From Fuerstiella sp. (GTDB lineage Bacteria; Planctomycetota; Planctomycetia; Planctomycetales; Planctomycetaceae), in the NCBI GenBank assembly GCA_039831575.1, contig JBDONA010001078.1, positions 135 to 64,134 of the forward strand: 64,000 nucleotides of DNA. Direction: 5' to 3'. Positions within the stretch are counted from its first letter, which is position 1; the number at the start of each line of letters is the position of its first letter. Below the pieces are notes generated by a model, which was given only the letters and a program-made list of their open reading frames with translations, ran no database searches and was not told the DNA's origin. Shown piece by piece: positions 18,789 to 28,868 of the stretch. A program made the position numbers and the translations under genes.

Positions 18789-19487
18789 CTAATTGAGCAG
18801 GCTGTTGAGACTGCCGATGCCAATTTGCTCACGGTTCAACAGCGGTTCACCATAGCTTTTTCCGATGGACCAGCCCCAGTAGCGTGCTCGATCACGAATA
18901 TCGTCCAGGACCGTTGGATGTACCGTTGATCGTCCTTCCATCAGTTGACTCCGGTACGCCGAGACCGCGTCCATTTTCGTGTCGATGTGGGCAGAAATGT
19001 CGACGACAACTGAGGCGGTCGGATGAATTCTGAGGTGAATGCTGAAGTAGTGCAGCAATGTCGGCGACCAGAATGGATCTGCTTCCATATCGGACCTGCT
19101 AAGCTTTGACCAGAACCTCGCATCGTCGCACAGACTACTGGCGGCGACATGATCCGGGTGCGCATCCTGCCAATATGGGGCCAGAATAATTCGTGGCCTC
19201 GTCGATCGAAACACCTCTGCCACCGCCCGTCTCGCTTCCAGTGTGGGCTGAAGACTGCGATTGGGGAGACCAAGATTGTGCCGCCACGTCAGGCCCAGAA
19301 TTTCGGTGGACCGCTCCGTTTCTTTGCGGCGCAATTCCGGCGTGCCGTGCGGGGTTGGCTCGCCAGTGGTCAGTTCCAGTACGCCAACGCGCAGATTCTG
19401 CGACAACGACAGGGCTATCGTACCACCCACGCTGATTTCAGCATCGTCGGGGTGTGGCGCCACGACAAGAATGTCGAGCGGTTTCAT
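18789..19487 (-). CDS. PIG-L/LmbE-family N-acetylglucosaminyl deacetylase
   Basis: 'ILVVAPHPDDAEISVGGTI' and 'QDAHPDHVAAS' zinc-site motifs. Confidence 0.8.
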   Translation of the reverse strand: MKPLDILVVAPHPDDAEISVGGTIALSLSQNLRVGVLELTTGEPTPHGTPELRRKETERSTEILGLTWRHNLGLPNRSLQPTLEARRAVAEVFRSTRPRIILAPYWQDAHPDHVAASSLCDDARFWSKLSRSDMEADPFWSPTLLHYFSIHLRIHPTASVVVDISAHIDTKMDAVSAYRSQLMEGRSTVHPTVLDDIRDRARYWGWSIGKSYGEPLLNREQIGIGSLNSLLN

Positions 19488-19617
19488 TCAAAAACTCCTC
19501 TGGGCGCGGTTTTCAGAATCTGGCAACATGGAAGACTCCTCTCTCTCATGCCAACATGGCTAATGTGACCTTCTACCCGCCGCACGACTGTGGGCGGGTT
19601 ACGTCTGCGAGTCTGCT

Positions 19618-19905
19618 ATGAAACGTTTGACCTACCTGTACATCGTGGCAGTTCTGTCTCTCACGTCAACTGGTTGTACGATGATGAACACAGGACGCGA
19701 CGCCGTTTCGCAGTCCATGCGAATGTTCAAGCCTAATCCTCATGACGGTCCCGTCCGGATGGAGGATGAACCGGATCGATGGGGGTTCGTGGGTAAAGAG
19801 GGGCGAGCAGACCAGGAACGGGAACGCGATCCGGATCGCTGGTGGCAGAATCTGATGATGTCCCATGAAGCTCGAAATATCGAGAGAAATCTGGGAATCG
19901 ACTAG
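19618..19905 (+). CDS. small lipoprotein, unknown function
   Basis: Lipobox in 'MKRLTYLYIVAVLSLTSTGC'. Two 'PDRW' motifs. Confidence 0.55.
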   Translation: MKRLTYLYIVAVLSLTSTGCTMMNTGRDAVSQSMRMFKPNPHDGPVRMEDEPDRWGFVGKEGRADQERERDPDRWWQNLMMSHEARNIERNLGID

Positions 19906-20335
19906 TGCCGCATAAGCGTTGTATTGATGAGTGCGACTGGGTCTGCCAGTGCATTGAGGCCTACGAAAACACTGGCAGAGCCAGTGCCAGATGCCCCCGT
20001 CAATCCATCAGTGACAAAGCACAATCGCTGCCGGACGCTGAATTGCGTCTTTTCGTTTTGCTCCCTTTCGTTTTGAGTGCTGACGATGAACCGGCAACGG
20101 TGGCCGCGCGACTGTCACGTTCGGCAAAGACCTATGGACACGTTTTCGCCAATCGGCTAAATCTCACGCACTTCATGCTGGTTGGTCTCTCCGATCGGCA
20201 GGAAACCTGTCAAATCTCCTCTCCAGTTCTCCTCACTCTTTACCTGCTTAAGTGCGTTCTTACGTCCGCATGCAACGGGTTTCTTCGGCGTCGCACTCTC
20301 CCTGTGGAGCCCCGACCCGAAATAGGAGTTTTCCT

Positions 20336-21031
20336 ATGTGTTTCCAGCAGAATCTCGCCAGAATCGTGGCCATCCGACTCCTTATTCCTGGACTGCTTTG
20401 CCTGGCAGGCTGCATGAATCCGGGCATGTATTACGGAAGACCATACGGTCAGCCGATGATGTACGCGCCGCCACAGTCGTTGAATCAGGCGTCACCCGGA
20501 TTGCTGCGGATTCCGGAATCGGATGCACCGCCGTACGATCCGCAGACCTACGACCGTGATCCCGACGACGATTTTGACCGACCAGCCGACGACGGTCAGT
20601 TTTTCCGTGACGACACTGAGGATTCCGTTCCCAACCCCCGTGACCCTGGCGGTTTTGATGAACTTGGAGTGCCCACGACTCAGACGACTGAACCAGGCAG
20701 AAATACGGTAGCTCGACCATCTTCCATTCAGCCTGTGGGCGCGCGGCATGTGGAATACGGGTTTGATACCACCGACTATCGATGGTTGAGGGGCGTACTA
20801 CGCTATGATGGCGAAAGTCGCCACTGGACCATCACGTATAGTGTGGCTGGAAATGACCAGTTTGGAGGCACGCTCAGTCTTGCTGTGTCATCACTGCAGA
20901 TTGGTGGTCTGACTGATGGCGATCCGGTGGACGTGAGCGGCTATATTGACGATTCGACCAGAGACTCTCGTGGTCGTGATGTGTACCGTGTGGAGTCGAT
21001 TCGCAAGATGGCCGTGCGTATTGCGATGTAG
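20336..21031 (+). CDS. lipoprotein, unknown function
   Basis: ATG 20336 preceded by AGGAG (20324-20328). Lipobox 'LLCLAGC'. Pro/Asp-rich linker, then a C-terminal globular part 'YGFDTTDYRWLRGVLRYDGESRHWTITY'. Confidence 0.65.
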   Translation: MCFQQNLARIVAIRLLIPGLLCLAGCMNPGMYYGRPYGQPMMYAPPQSLNQASPGLLRIPESDAPPYDPQTYDRDPDDDFDRPADDGQFFRDDTEDSVPNPRDPGGFDELGVPTTQTTEPGRNTVARPSSIQPVGARHVEYGFDTTDYRWLRGVLRYDGESRHWTITYSVAGNDQFGGTLSLAVSSLQIGGLTDGDPVDVSGYIDDSTRDSRGRDVYRVESIRKMAVRIAM

Positions 21032-21034
21032 CGC

Positions 21035-21289
21035 ATGGGCCGATGCGCGACATCGACAACAGGAAACATGTTGATGATGTTACAGACGTTTGCCAGTGTC
21101 ACAGCAACGACCTCCGAGGCCCGCCAGACCGCGGGGGCCGACCTGCCGTCCCAGGTTTGGTTTGCCTGCTGTTGCATCGCCCTTCCTGTTCTGTGGGGCG
21201 TCGTCGTGCATCTGGTGTTCAGACGTCTTAGAGGAAAAGGCCAGCCGGAACGCGAACAGGAAGCCGGCTGGCCGGATTACCAAATCTGA
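21035..21289 (+). CDS. small single-pass membrane protein (tentative)
   Basis: ATG 4 nt after the upstream stop. One hydrophobic helix 'VWFACCCIALPVLWGVVVHLVF' followed by 'RRLRGK'. No family recognised. Confidence 0.4.
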   Translation: MGRCATSTTGNMLMMLQTFASVTATTSEARQTAGADLPSQVWFACCCIALPVLWGVVVHLVFRRLRGKGQPEREQEAGWPDYQI

Positions 21290-21293
21290 CCAG

Positions 21294-23066
21294 CTACTTG
21301 ACTTTGATGGCGTAGAGCGTTGATCGGTCAGAGACGAACATCACTCCGTTTGCGATTGTCGGCGTGCTGTAGATGGACGAGTTGAAGGTTTTGGTTTCAA
21401 TTTCCTGCAACTCGTCGCCAGCCTTCAGGATGACCATTTCACCGTCTTCGTCACCGAGCAGCACTCGGCCATCGACCACCATTGGCGATCCCCAGACGGC
21501 AGCAAAGGTGTCGTAGACCCATTTCTTTTCTCCGGTCGTGAAATCAACGCAGTGCAGGAAACCGCTGAGATCCGGGGCATAGACCAGTCCGTCTGCGACA
21601 GCGACGGTGGAAATCGTGCGGCGATATAGCAGGCCGTTTTCTTCACCTGTGATACTGCCGTCGACATCGATACCGCCAACATGCCAGATCTGCGCGCTGT
21701 TGGAATTGTCTTTGTAGGTGTCGCCGTCAGCGATCTGAGGACTGACGTCGCCCGTTTTGGAGGCATCAATGCGGTACAGATGGCCGACACCTTCACCGTG
21801 TTCCGGATCCTGTCCGACAGACAGCAGCACGCTGTTGTCGACGAAGACCGGTGTGGAGATGATGGCATTACGTGTCCCGCGGCCACCGAGTTCCCATGTG
21901 GATTCCTTTGGGTTGAGGTCAAACCACCAGACCAGTTCTCCGGTCGCAACGTCGTAGGCATACAGGACTCCGTCGCCACCTGGCATGAAGGCCTGCATCT
22001 TGCCATCAACTTCTCCAAGTGCCGGTGAGCCCCACTGGCCGTGAAGAATGTTGTCGAACGGTGCCGGAGCCTTTGAACCCATGGCGGGTGAGTTGTCTTC
22101 CCAGACCAGTTCACCTGTATTCTTGTTCACTGCGATAAAGCACGGTGCCCGTGGTGACGGGACTTCGAGATGAGCTTCGTCGACTCCGTTGGAAGTCACC
22201 AACATGATCAGGTCGCCATGAATCACGGGCGAACTTGTTGCAAGGTTGTGAGGGAACACACCAAGTTCGTCAATCATGTCCATTGACCAGATGATGTCGG
22301 CATCCAGTTCTTCGGTGTCGGTTTCATCCTTGTACGGACCGTCGTTTTCTCCGTCGTGGAATCCTTCAACGTCAATGCACATCAATTCGCAGCGATTTGT
22401 GGCCACATACATGCGCCCGTTTTCGATACATGGAGTCGAACAGATACCTTGTTCCGGCCAATCGTTAACGCGCCCCTGAGGAAGTTTTTCTCGCGTCAGC
22501 TGCCAAAGAAATTTGCCGTCGGCTTCATTGAAGCAAAGAATGCACCCGCGGTCACCCTTATGTTTTTCGCGGTACTCGCCGCCATTATTCGTGCCCACAA
22601 AAACCTTTCCGCCAGCGACGATGGGATTGCCGTATGTCTGCGAACCAAGATCAGCTGTCCAGACAACATTTGTGCCTTCTTCAGCATCAAAGTCCAGGTG
22701 AATTCCGGTTGTCGTGTTGACCATGTTGCGAGAAGGACTGCCGCCCCACATGGCCCAGTCGCCCGCTGTGATTCCCCCGGTTGCTGCGGGCGGGACTTCG
22801 ACAGCAGCGGGCGATTCTTCGGCGGGAGCAGGCGTCGGCTCGGGAGCCGGTTTTTCTTCCGCCGCTGGTGCAGCTACCACTGGGATTTCTTCAGTGATTT
22901 CCGGTTCCGGTGCGGCCATTGGGGCACCACCTCCGACGCCGCTGCCGGCTTCCGGAGCAGGTGTTGCGACCGGAGTGGATTCCGTCGGCGCGTCGATACA
23001 GCCAACGACAAACAGAATGGTCAGCATCACGGACAGCGTCTTGAACGATTGGATATTCATCACCAT
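21294..23066 (-). CDS. PQQ-like (BamB-like) beta-propeller lipoprotein with Pro/Ala/Glu linker
   Basis: Lipobox 'LFVVGC'. Repeated blade motif 'G-x-x-x-W' ('DGKFLWQL', 'TGELVWED', 'TGELVWWF', 'TGEKKWVY'). '[13 protein letters not shown]'. Confidence 0.8.
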   Translation of the reverse strand: MVMNIQSFKTLSVMLTILFVVGCIDAPTESTPVATPAPEAGSGVGGGAPMAAPEPEITEEIPVVAAPAAEEKPAPEPTPAPAEESPAAVEVPPAATGGITAGDWAMWGGSPSRNMVNTTTGIHLDFDAEEGTNVVWTADLGSQTYGNPIVAGGKVFVGTNNGGEYREKHKGDRGCILCFNEADGKFLWQLTREKLPQGRVNDWPEQGICSTPCIENGRMYVATNRCELMCIDVEGFHDGENDGPYKDETDTEELDADIIWSMDMIDELGVFPHNLATSSPVIHGDLIMLVTSNGVDEAHLEVPSPRAPCFIAVNKNTGELVWEDNSPAMGSKAPAPFDNILHGQWGSPALGEVDGKMQAFMPGGDGVLYAYDVATGELVWWFDLNPKESTWELGGRGTRNAIISTPVFVDNSVLLSVGQDPEHGEGVGHLYRIDASKTGDVSPQIADGDTYKDNSNSAQIWHVGGIDVDGSITGEENGLLYRRTISTVAVADGLVYAPDLSGFLHCVDFTTGEKKWVYDTFAAVWGSPMVVDGRVLLGDEDGEMVILKAGDELQEIETKTFNSSIYSTPTIANGVMFVSDRSTLYAIKVK

Positions 23067-23191
23067 TTTTTTCCCTGGAATTGTTGATTCAAAAACTGAA
23101 CGGCGGTCGGCCGAGCGAGAATCGCGGACCAGTCCTGCACCGAGACGTCCGGTGAATCACAGGTACTGGATTACACAGCCACAATCATCGC

Positions 23192-25408
23192 CTATTCTGT
23201 AACCATCACATTGTCAAAATAGCCATCAGCCAGCGTGTACATGTAGAGTCCCGGTGCGCCTTCGGTATTGGGATGAGGGTCGATCGCTTCGATCGTCCAC
23301 TCGGCCGGTTCTTCCGTGCCGCGCTCCCAGACCTTGCCAAACACATGAGCACCGTCGTCTTCGATCTTGACGGTGGCTTTCACGGTGTACCAGGTGTCCG
23401 GGTTAGACCGAAATCTGATTTCTTTGGCCATTCTCAGATGAGGAGCCCAGGTCTGGACACCGAACTTGCCGGTGTTCCCTTTGAGAATGACGTTGTACCG
23501 CTGAACAGTGACTCCCATGTTTGGCAGCTTGCGTTTTTGCAGGGTCATGTAGACGTCTGTCTGGACGGTGTACCCTTTCATTTCCGGCAGGCCCAGCCAG
23601 AAATATGTACTCGGTCGTCCTTTGCCTGGCGACCGTTTTAAGGCCATGGTGCCATCGAAGTTAGTTGGCTGCAGCTTCAGAAACGAGTTAATCCAGGTGG
23701 GTGGCACTTGTTTCGGCTGGTAGCCCTCGAAGTCCCACTTCCACGGCAGTGGCGGATACGTGCGGACTCGCGCGAACGCGGTAGCCTCACCAAGTTTCGC
23801 GGTCAGTTCGCCACCCTGCTCCGGGGCGTCGGCCGCAACAGTCAGCTTGTTGCCTTCCAGAGTGACGCCCGTCCATCCGTCGCCAAGGGTGAGTTCAGCG
23901 TCAACTTCGCCGATCAATTGGCCAAGCCTGTTGTAGCCGACGACTTTGTACTGGATGTCTCCGCCACCGACGACACGGTCCTCGAAGGGGTGGATCTGAA
24001 TACTGGCGATGTCTGTGCCGCCGTCGCCTTCCTTTAGTTCAGGAATCTCAACAGCTGCGGGATTTGATTTGCCGGCGTTTTCGTTGCCGATGCAGATGGT
24101 GCGGTCTCGAGTCACGAAGAAGACACGTCCGTCAGAGATTGCCGGTGTGCCATAAATCTCATCGTCACCTTTCCCGTTGGCAGCCCGCACCTTCACGTGA
24201 GACAACGATTCGCATTTTTCGCGGCTGGGTCTCAGGATGTGGACGTTGCCATTCACTTCCATTGCGTACAGCTTACCGTCGGCCCAGATCGGAGATCCTT
24301 TGCCGACCGTTCCCAGACTGTACTCCCAAAGCTCAGCTCCGGTCTTGCTGTCGAAGGCATGTAGCTTGCCAGTGTCAGCAATCACATACAGCACGCCGTC
24401 CTTGACAACCAGTGCCGTGTAACCGGCTTTGATTCCGTCGATGCGCCACACGCTGTTCGTTTCAGTGATGTCTCCTTTGCCGCGAGCGTCAATACACTGG
24501 ATGCGTCCGAATTCCCGGTTGTCAATATTGTCTTCACCGTGAGAGATGAAGACGTGATTTCCTTCAACAACAGGTGTCGCGTTAAGGCCACGTTTTGACA
24601 TGCGAAACGACCAGACGTGTGCGCCTGTGCGAGCGTTAATGGCATGGATGCCTCCATCAGCTCCTCCACCAATCAGCAGCCGCTGGCCCTCAATGACAGT
24701 GATGGTGGGATTGGAATAGTTTGTGTCGAACGGGCCACCACCGACCGGCGATGTCCACAGCAGTTCGCCCGTCTTCTTGTCGAAGCAGTAATAGGTCATC
24801 TTTGGTGGCGGCGCTTTGGTACGTCCCCAGTTCAGTCCAAAGAAGCCGACAATCAGGCGATCTTCATCGATAATGGGCGTCTGAGTTCGACCGCCATAAC
24901 CGGAGATCTTTCCGTACTCTTCAAACAGTGACTTCTCCCAGACGACGTTTCCGTCTTTGTCGTAGCAGCGAAAGATCCCACTGACCGAGTGCATGTAGAC
25001 GTAGCCGGTTTCGGAGTCGCCACTCATGGCTGCCCATCCCACTCGTGGAGCAGGTATGTCCGTCTGGAAGACGTTGAACTTTTTTTGCCACAGCACTTCG
25101 CCGGTGGCCGCATCACGACAGACGACCTGTTCCTGAGCATCAATCAGCTCTTTGCTGCCGGTGCTGACGTCGTGACTGGTGCGGCACTGCAGATAGATTC
25201 GCCCGTTCAGTACGATGGGTGCCGCTCGACCGCCGATGGGGGATTCCCACAGCACGTTCTTCCCGGACTTCAGGTCCCACGACTCCACCAGACCGGTTTC
25301 ACGGCTGATCCCGTTGTGCTCCGGACCACGCCACGAAGGCCAGTCAGCGCCGACGACGGCACTCAGGGTGCCCAGGATTGTCAGTGAAAACAGAAAAAAA
25401 CTTCGCAT
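23192..25408 (-). CDS. PQQ-like beta-propeller protein with C-terminal beta-sandwich (concanavalin/LamG-like, tentative) domain
   Basis: ATG 25408 gives signal peptide '[21 protein letters not shown]'. '[12 protein letters not shown]'. Blades '[10 protein letters not shown]', '[10 protein letters not shown]', '[10 protein letters not shown]', '[10 protein letters not shown]', '[10 protein letters not shown]'. The last ~200 aa ends in '[22 protein letters not shown]'. Confidence 0.8.
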   Translation of the reverse strand: MRSFFLFSLTILGTLSAVVGADWPSWRGPEHNGISRETGLVESWDLKSGKNVLWESPIGGRAAPIVLNGRIYLQCRTSHDVSTGSKELIDAQEQVVCRDAATGEVLWQKKFNVFQTDIPAPRVGWAAMSGDSETGYVYMHSVSGIFRCYDKDGNVVWEKSLFEEYGKISGYGGRTQTPIIDEDRLIVGFFGLNWGRTKAPPPKMTYYCFDKKTGELLWTSPVGGGPFDTNYSNPTITVIEGQRLLIGGGADGGIHAINARTGAHVWSFRMSKRGLNATPVVEGNHVFISHGEDNIDNREFGRIQCIDARGKGDITETNSVWRIDGIKAGYTALVVKDGVLYVIADTGKLHAFDSKTGAELWEYSLGTVGKGSPIWADGKLYAMEVNGNVHILRPSREKCESLSHVKVRAANGKGDDEIYGTPAISDGRVFFVTRDRTICIGNENAGKSNPAAVEIPELKEGDGGTDIASIQIHPFEDRVVGGGDIQYKVVGYNRLGQLIGEVDAELTLGDGWTGVTLEGNKLTVAADAPEQGGELTAKLGEATAFARVRTYPPLPWKWDFEGYQPKQVPPTWINSFLKLQPTNFDGTMALKRSPGKGRPSTYFWLGLPEMKGYTVQTDVYMTLQKRKLPNMGVTVQRYNVILKGNTGKFGVQTWAPHLRMAKEIRFRSNPDTWYTVKATVKIEDDGAHVFGKVWERGTEEPAEWTIEAIDPHPNTEGAPGLYMYTLADGYFDNVMVTE

Positions 25409-25781
25409 TCTGTTTGTTCCTCGATACGGATCTGAATGCCGATTCGCAGAAAGCACGATTGTCGGCGACGGCTCATTTAAGGTGGGATGTTTCGACTGCC
25501 ACGAACCGTCCCGGCAATTTGCCCGAAGCTGCCGCTGCATTCGTGGAGGCCAACATTTTCCTTAGTCGAAGTTCCATGTTGGCTGGAGGATTTGAGAGCG
25601 CCCTTGAATATTCGTCCGCGGCTGACAGTAATCAACTGTTTTGGTCACGATTTGGGCGACTCAACAGGATTAACGGCCCGTTGAATTTTGCCAGACGGTC
25701 CCCGTTTGTTCCTGGCCGCAGTGTATTGGAGTCACCCGCGAATGCAATCAACGGAGGCCGTATTGCCAGCCTCCAAATGCA

Positions 25782-27629
25782 CTACGAATCGTCTTTTGGC
25801 TCGATTTCGGGCCTGATTGTTGAGAATTCCGTCGGAGAGAGTGACGTGATTTTCCAGTTGTCATCGTGTCGCGACAGCACAATTTCACCAGAGAACTGCA
25901 TCTGTCGTTCATGAATGTGTCCCCAGTGATAGACGCTGCCGCGCACAAGCCACGTACAATTGCCGTACATCCTGCCCGCTGTGGTCAGACGTTCGTCTGA
26001 GTCCATGTTCAGGACGTTGGCTTTAGAAAAGTTAATCAGAACGCCATCCGACTGGTCATTCTGCAGGCACTGGATCGTGCTGAGGTAGATTTGTTCGGTC
26101 AGATCATCGCCGACTGTGGCGGACAGGCTCTCTGCCAGAGCATCCGTGCCACCATCCGCGATGGCCCGGTAGACATCAGACAGCAATTGCTCGACAAGTC
26201 GTCCTGCCCTTTCATTGTCGACCCGATGTGTTATGTCCGGCACAAGGAACGCCAGCAACAGGCCGAACAAAAGCACCGCACAGGAGCCGCGAGTCAGAAA
26301 CGGCTGCGACGCCTTCGCTGATCGAACTCGCCAGGTACAAAACGCGAGGGCCATACACAGAATGAAACACTGCAACCCAATTCGACCGGGCCGTTGGTGT
26401 TCGACATGGATGGGCGAAGCCATTGCGACCGTCGGGATCCGGTGCGTTTTGCCGATCGGTGGAATCAAGCTTCCAGGACTTCGATTCCACTTGAACAGCA
26501 ATCCTGACGGGTGGTCCGCAGTTTCGTCATTGAACTTCAGAATCTGCGTCTGATGCTCGGTTGCCGTGATGATGTCGACCGTCAGTTGGCTGAATTTTCC
26601 GGGAGACTCACCGAAGAGCAATTCCACCGATTGCACGCTGCGGCCGTATGGAAAACGCATGCGTGCCCCGATTCGCGTACCGACGACCGGAGCCGGTTCG
26701 TCCGGACTGAGTGCGAAATCTGCAGTGGGGCCCGATGCAAAAGATGAATCTGCTGCACCGTCGAAATACTCAATCGACACGTCTCCTGCCGACACAACGC
26801 TACTATTCACACGTAATTTGCAATTGGACTGCAGCCAGGTTGCGATTCGGTGTTTGGCCTCCTGTGAAGCAGCCGGATCAAGAGTACTGCCGCCGGGGTG
26901 ACCCACCACAAGCTTTTCGCGGATTTCGGCAGCTCGCGGCCACGCCACGTCCAGCAGCAGCAACGGTGCAGTGAATTCATGGATGACTTCGTTGGGGGCG
27001 ACCACAATTCGAGAGACTGCCGTGTTGATGTCCGTCGAGTCAGACGGGGCAGCACTCGAATCCCCGGCTGGCAGCACGATCGTGTGCGGTGTTTCCGGGG
27101 CAACAACCGCGTCGATTCGCCGGCCGGACGGCTTGTGCTGGAGATGCAACCTGAGTTCGCCCGGCTGTAGCAAATCAGGGTGCGAAAAGGTGTGCAGGAA
27201 GCACAAACGGCGAAAGCCGCCGTCTCGTGACTCTGCAGCTTCAAACTGCAGCGTCCAGGACAGTTTCAGCGACGCATCCTGCGTCAGATCGATCACTTCC
27301 GAGGCAGGTTGCCATTCAGGAACCGACACGATTTTTCCGATCAGAGGACGCCCTTCTGCATCAAAAATCTGCAACTGACGCAGCAAAGTCTCGGCGTGCC
27401 GGGCGATCGCCGCGACGCCCACAGATCCGGGCACGGTCGTTCTGCCGGAGGAGAGATCTTCCTGATGCCGCAGGACATCGTCCAGGAAGATGTTGAGCCG
27501 CACGTCAACAACGTCCGAGACTCTAACCCATGCATCCGTATGCGACATGGGATGCGCAATCGCCGCTACTGCGCAGCACAGCCACGCGATACCTGTTGCA
27601 ACGACCTGGTGTTCAATTCGTGTTTTCAC
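25782..27629 (-). CDS. membrane protein of unknown function (periplasmic domain, two TM helices, C-terminal domain)
   Basis: GTG start at 27629. Signal peptide ending 'AVAAIA' followed by 'HPMSHTDAWVRV'. Hydrophobic helices 'IGLQCFILCMALAFCTW' and 'CAVLLFGLLLAFLV' near aa 425-480. Confidence 0.6.
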   Translation of the reverse strand: MKTRIEHQVVATGIAWLCCAVAAIAHPMSHTDAWVRVSDVVDVRLNIFLDDVLRHQEDLSSGRTTVPGSVGVAAIARHAETLLRQLQIFDAEGRPLIGKIVSVPEWQPASEVIDLTQDASLKLSWTLQFEAAESRDGGFRRLCFLHTFSHPDLLQPGELRLHLQHKPSGRRIDAVVAPETPHTIVLPAGDSSAAPSDSTDINTAVSRIVVAPNEVIHEFTAPLLLLDVAWPRAAEIREKLVVGHPGGSTLDPAASQEAKHRIATWLQSNCKLRVNSSVVSAGDVSIEYFDGAADSSFASGPTADFALSPDEPAPVVGTRIGARMRFPYGRSVQSVELLFGESPGKFSQLTVDIITATEHQTQILKFNDETADHPSGLLFKWNRSPGSLIPPIGKTHRIPTVAMASPIHVEHQRPGRIGLQCFILCMALAFCTWRVRSAKASQPFLTRGSCAVLLFGLLLAFLVPDITHRVDNERAGRLVEQLLSDVYRAIADGGTDALAESLSATVGDDLTEQIYLSTIQCLQNDQSDGVLINFSKANVLNMDSDERLTTAGRMYGNCTWLVRGSVYHWGHIHERQMQFSGEIVLSRHDDNWKITSLSPTEFSTIRPEIEPKDDS

Positions 27630-27859
27630 GGAAACTGCTGAAGGCGGCTGTGCAGGCTCTGACGAGATGCCGACGGTGGGCCCATTCTATCGTGTGGTGA
27701 CATCGCCGGTCCCGGCAGGCACCCATGCGATGTTGCAAAATCGCCAGATTCCTGTTGTTTGCCGGGTCGCTTGATGCCATCAGTCCGCGCATGAAAACAG
27801 GCGGCATTACTGCCGCCTGTTCCCACGTGCTGAATTCTGCACAATCTCGTCTATGGAGA

Positions 27860-28258
27860 TTATGTCGTTGGTGCGCTTTTCGCAGGAGCAGGAGCAGGAG
27901 CGTTTTCTACCGGTGGGGCCGGGGCATCTTCTGCAGGAGGCGCCGGAGCGTCTTCTGCGGCTGGTGCGCCTTCAGCGGCGGTCGCTGTAGAAGTTCCGCA
28001 ACCTGCTGTTTTGCAGGTGTTGCAACTGTTTGCACGCGTCTTGCAGCGCGAACTTCGCGAAACTCTGCAGATCTTGCCGCAAGAGCGGCGGCTGCTGCTG
28101 GCGCAGGCCACTTTAGTTTCACAGGAAGTTGCCTGTGGGCAGGAGACTTGAACTGTCTTCCCGCAGGAAGCGCTTTTGAAACAGCACCGTCGTTTGGCTT
28201 CAGCTGCCGGAGTCATCATCAACACGGCGCCGATGGCGAGCAGAGCAAGATGTCGCAT
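27860..28258 (-). CDS. secreted cysteine-rich basic protein with acidic Pro/Ala repeat tail
   Basis: ATG 28258 preceded by GAGGA 9 nt upstream. Signal peptide 'MRHLALLAIGAVLMMTPAAEA'. 12 Cys in ~65 aa ('RRCCFKSASCGKTVQVSCPQATSCETKVACASSSRRSCGKICRVSRSSRCKTRANSCNTCKTAGC'). Tail 'EDAPAPPAEDAPAPPVENAPAPAPA'. Confidence 0.6.
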   Translation of the reverse strand: MRHLALLAIGAVLMMTPAAEAKRRCCFKSASCGKTVQVSCPQATSCETKVACASSSRRSCGKICRVSRSSRCKTRANSCNTCKTAGCGTSTATAAEGAPAAEDAPAPPAEDAPAPPVENAPAPAPAKSAPTT

Positions 28259-28301
28259 TTTAAGTTGTCCTCATTGTTGAACGAACGTCAAAACCAGGGA
28301 T

Positions 28302-28321
28302 TTCTGACACCGGTGTCAGAA
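28302..28321. promoter_or_regulatory. perfect 9-2-9 palindrome TTCTGACAC-CG-GTGTCAGAA (operator or terminator stem)
   Basis: Read directly. It extends to a 13-bp stem with one mismatch (28297-28325). It lies 44-63 nt upstream of the Cys-rich gene start and downstream of the thioesterase stop. Confidence 0.35.
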
Positions 28322-28428
28322 CCCCGTTGCGATACGGATACACGTACCGATCGCAGATTTACTGATCTACCCGCAACCTACCCTGAATAATCGGAATATT
28401 CCATCCAAATCACCTGTAATGCCGGAAT

Positions 28429-28866
28429 TTACCCGTCAGATGTTTTTTGAATAATATCCTCTGGTATTCGCTGGACAACGCCGCCGGCGTTGACGCACGC
28501 AATCACGGAATCGGCCTGACACAGCAGTTGGTCCCCCCGACTCAATTCGTAGTGATGTTCCAGCTTGGCGGGTGTCTGCCGCACGATAGATGTCCGCAGC
28601 GTCAGCACTTCGTCGTACCTGGCAGGACTTTTGAATCGCACGTCGATGCGCGCGACAACAAAGAACAATCCCGTTTCTTCCATTCTTCTGTAGTTGCCGC
28701 CCTGTGTGCGAAACAGTTCTGTGCGACCGACCTCAAAATACGTTAAGTAGTTTGAGTGATGCAGCAGGCCCATTGCGTCCGTTTCACTGTAACGAACTCT
28801 GATTTCGATGGAGTGTTCCTGAATGTTATCGGACAATGGTCCTGACCTTTGAAGGGAAGCAGACAC
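28429..28866 (-). CDS. acyl-CoA thioesterase, 4HBT/YbgC family
   Basis: 'IRVRYSETDAMGLLHHSNYLTYFEVGRTELF' hot-dog fold signature. The first codon in the track is GTG (28866); an alternative TTG is at 28836. Confidence 0.8.
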   Translation of the reverse strand: MSASLQRSGPLSDNIQEHSIEIRVRYSETDAMGLLHHSNYLTYFEVGRTELFRTQGGNYRRMEETGLFFVVARIDVRFKSPARYDEVLTLRTSIVRQTPAKLEHHYELSRGDQLLCQADSVIACVNAGGVVQRIPEDIIQKTSDG

Positions 28867-28868
28867 AA

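Noticed and set aside
19905-20417. 170-aa plus-strand ORF filling the gap before the 20336 lipoprotein gene.
   Set aside because: It has no RBS or motif and a Cys/Arg-rich translation. It overlaps the better-supported ATG 20336 start, which has an AGGAG RBS. The 430-nt gap is probably non-coding.
25378-25914. 178-aa plus-strand ORF spanning the gap between the 615-aa gene and the second PQQ gene.
   Set aside because: It overlaps both neighbouring minus-strand genes at its ends and shows no domain-like pattern. I treat the region as a 373-nt intergenic spacer containing a weak hairpin (GGAGGC/GCCTCC, 25753-25774).
27725-28390. 221-aa plus-strand ORF overlapping the Cys-rich gene.
   Set aside because: The translation is Arg/Cys/Ser-rich with no signal or domain pattern. 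The minus-strand ORF has an RBS, a signal peptide and an ordered Cys spacing, so it is the better model.
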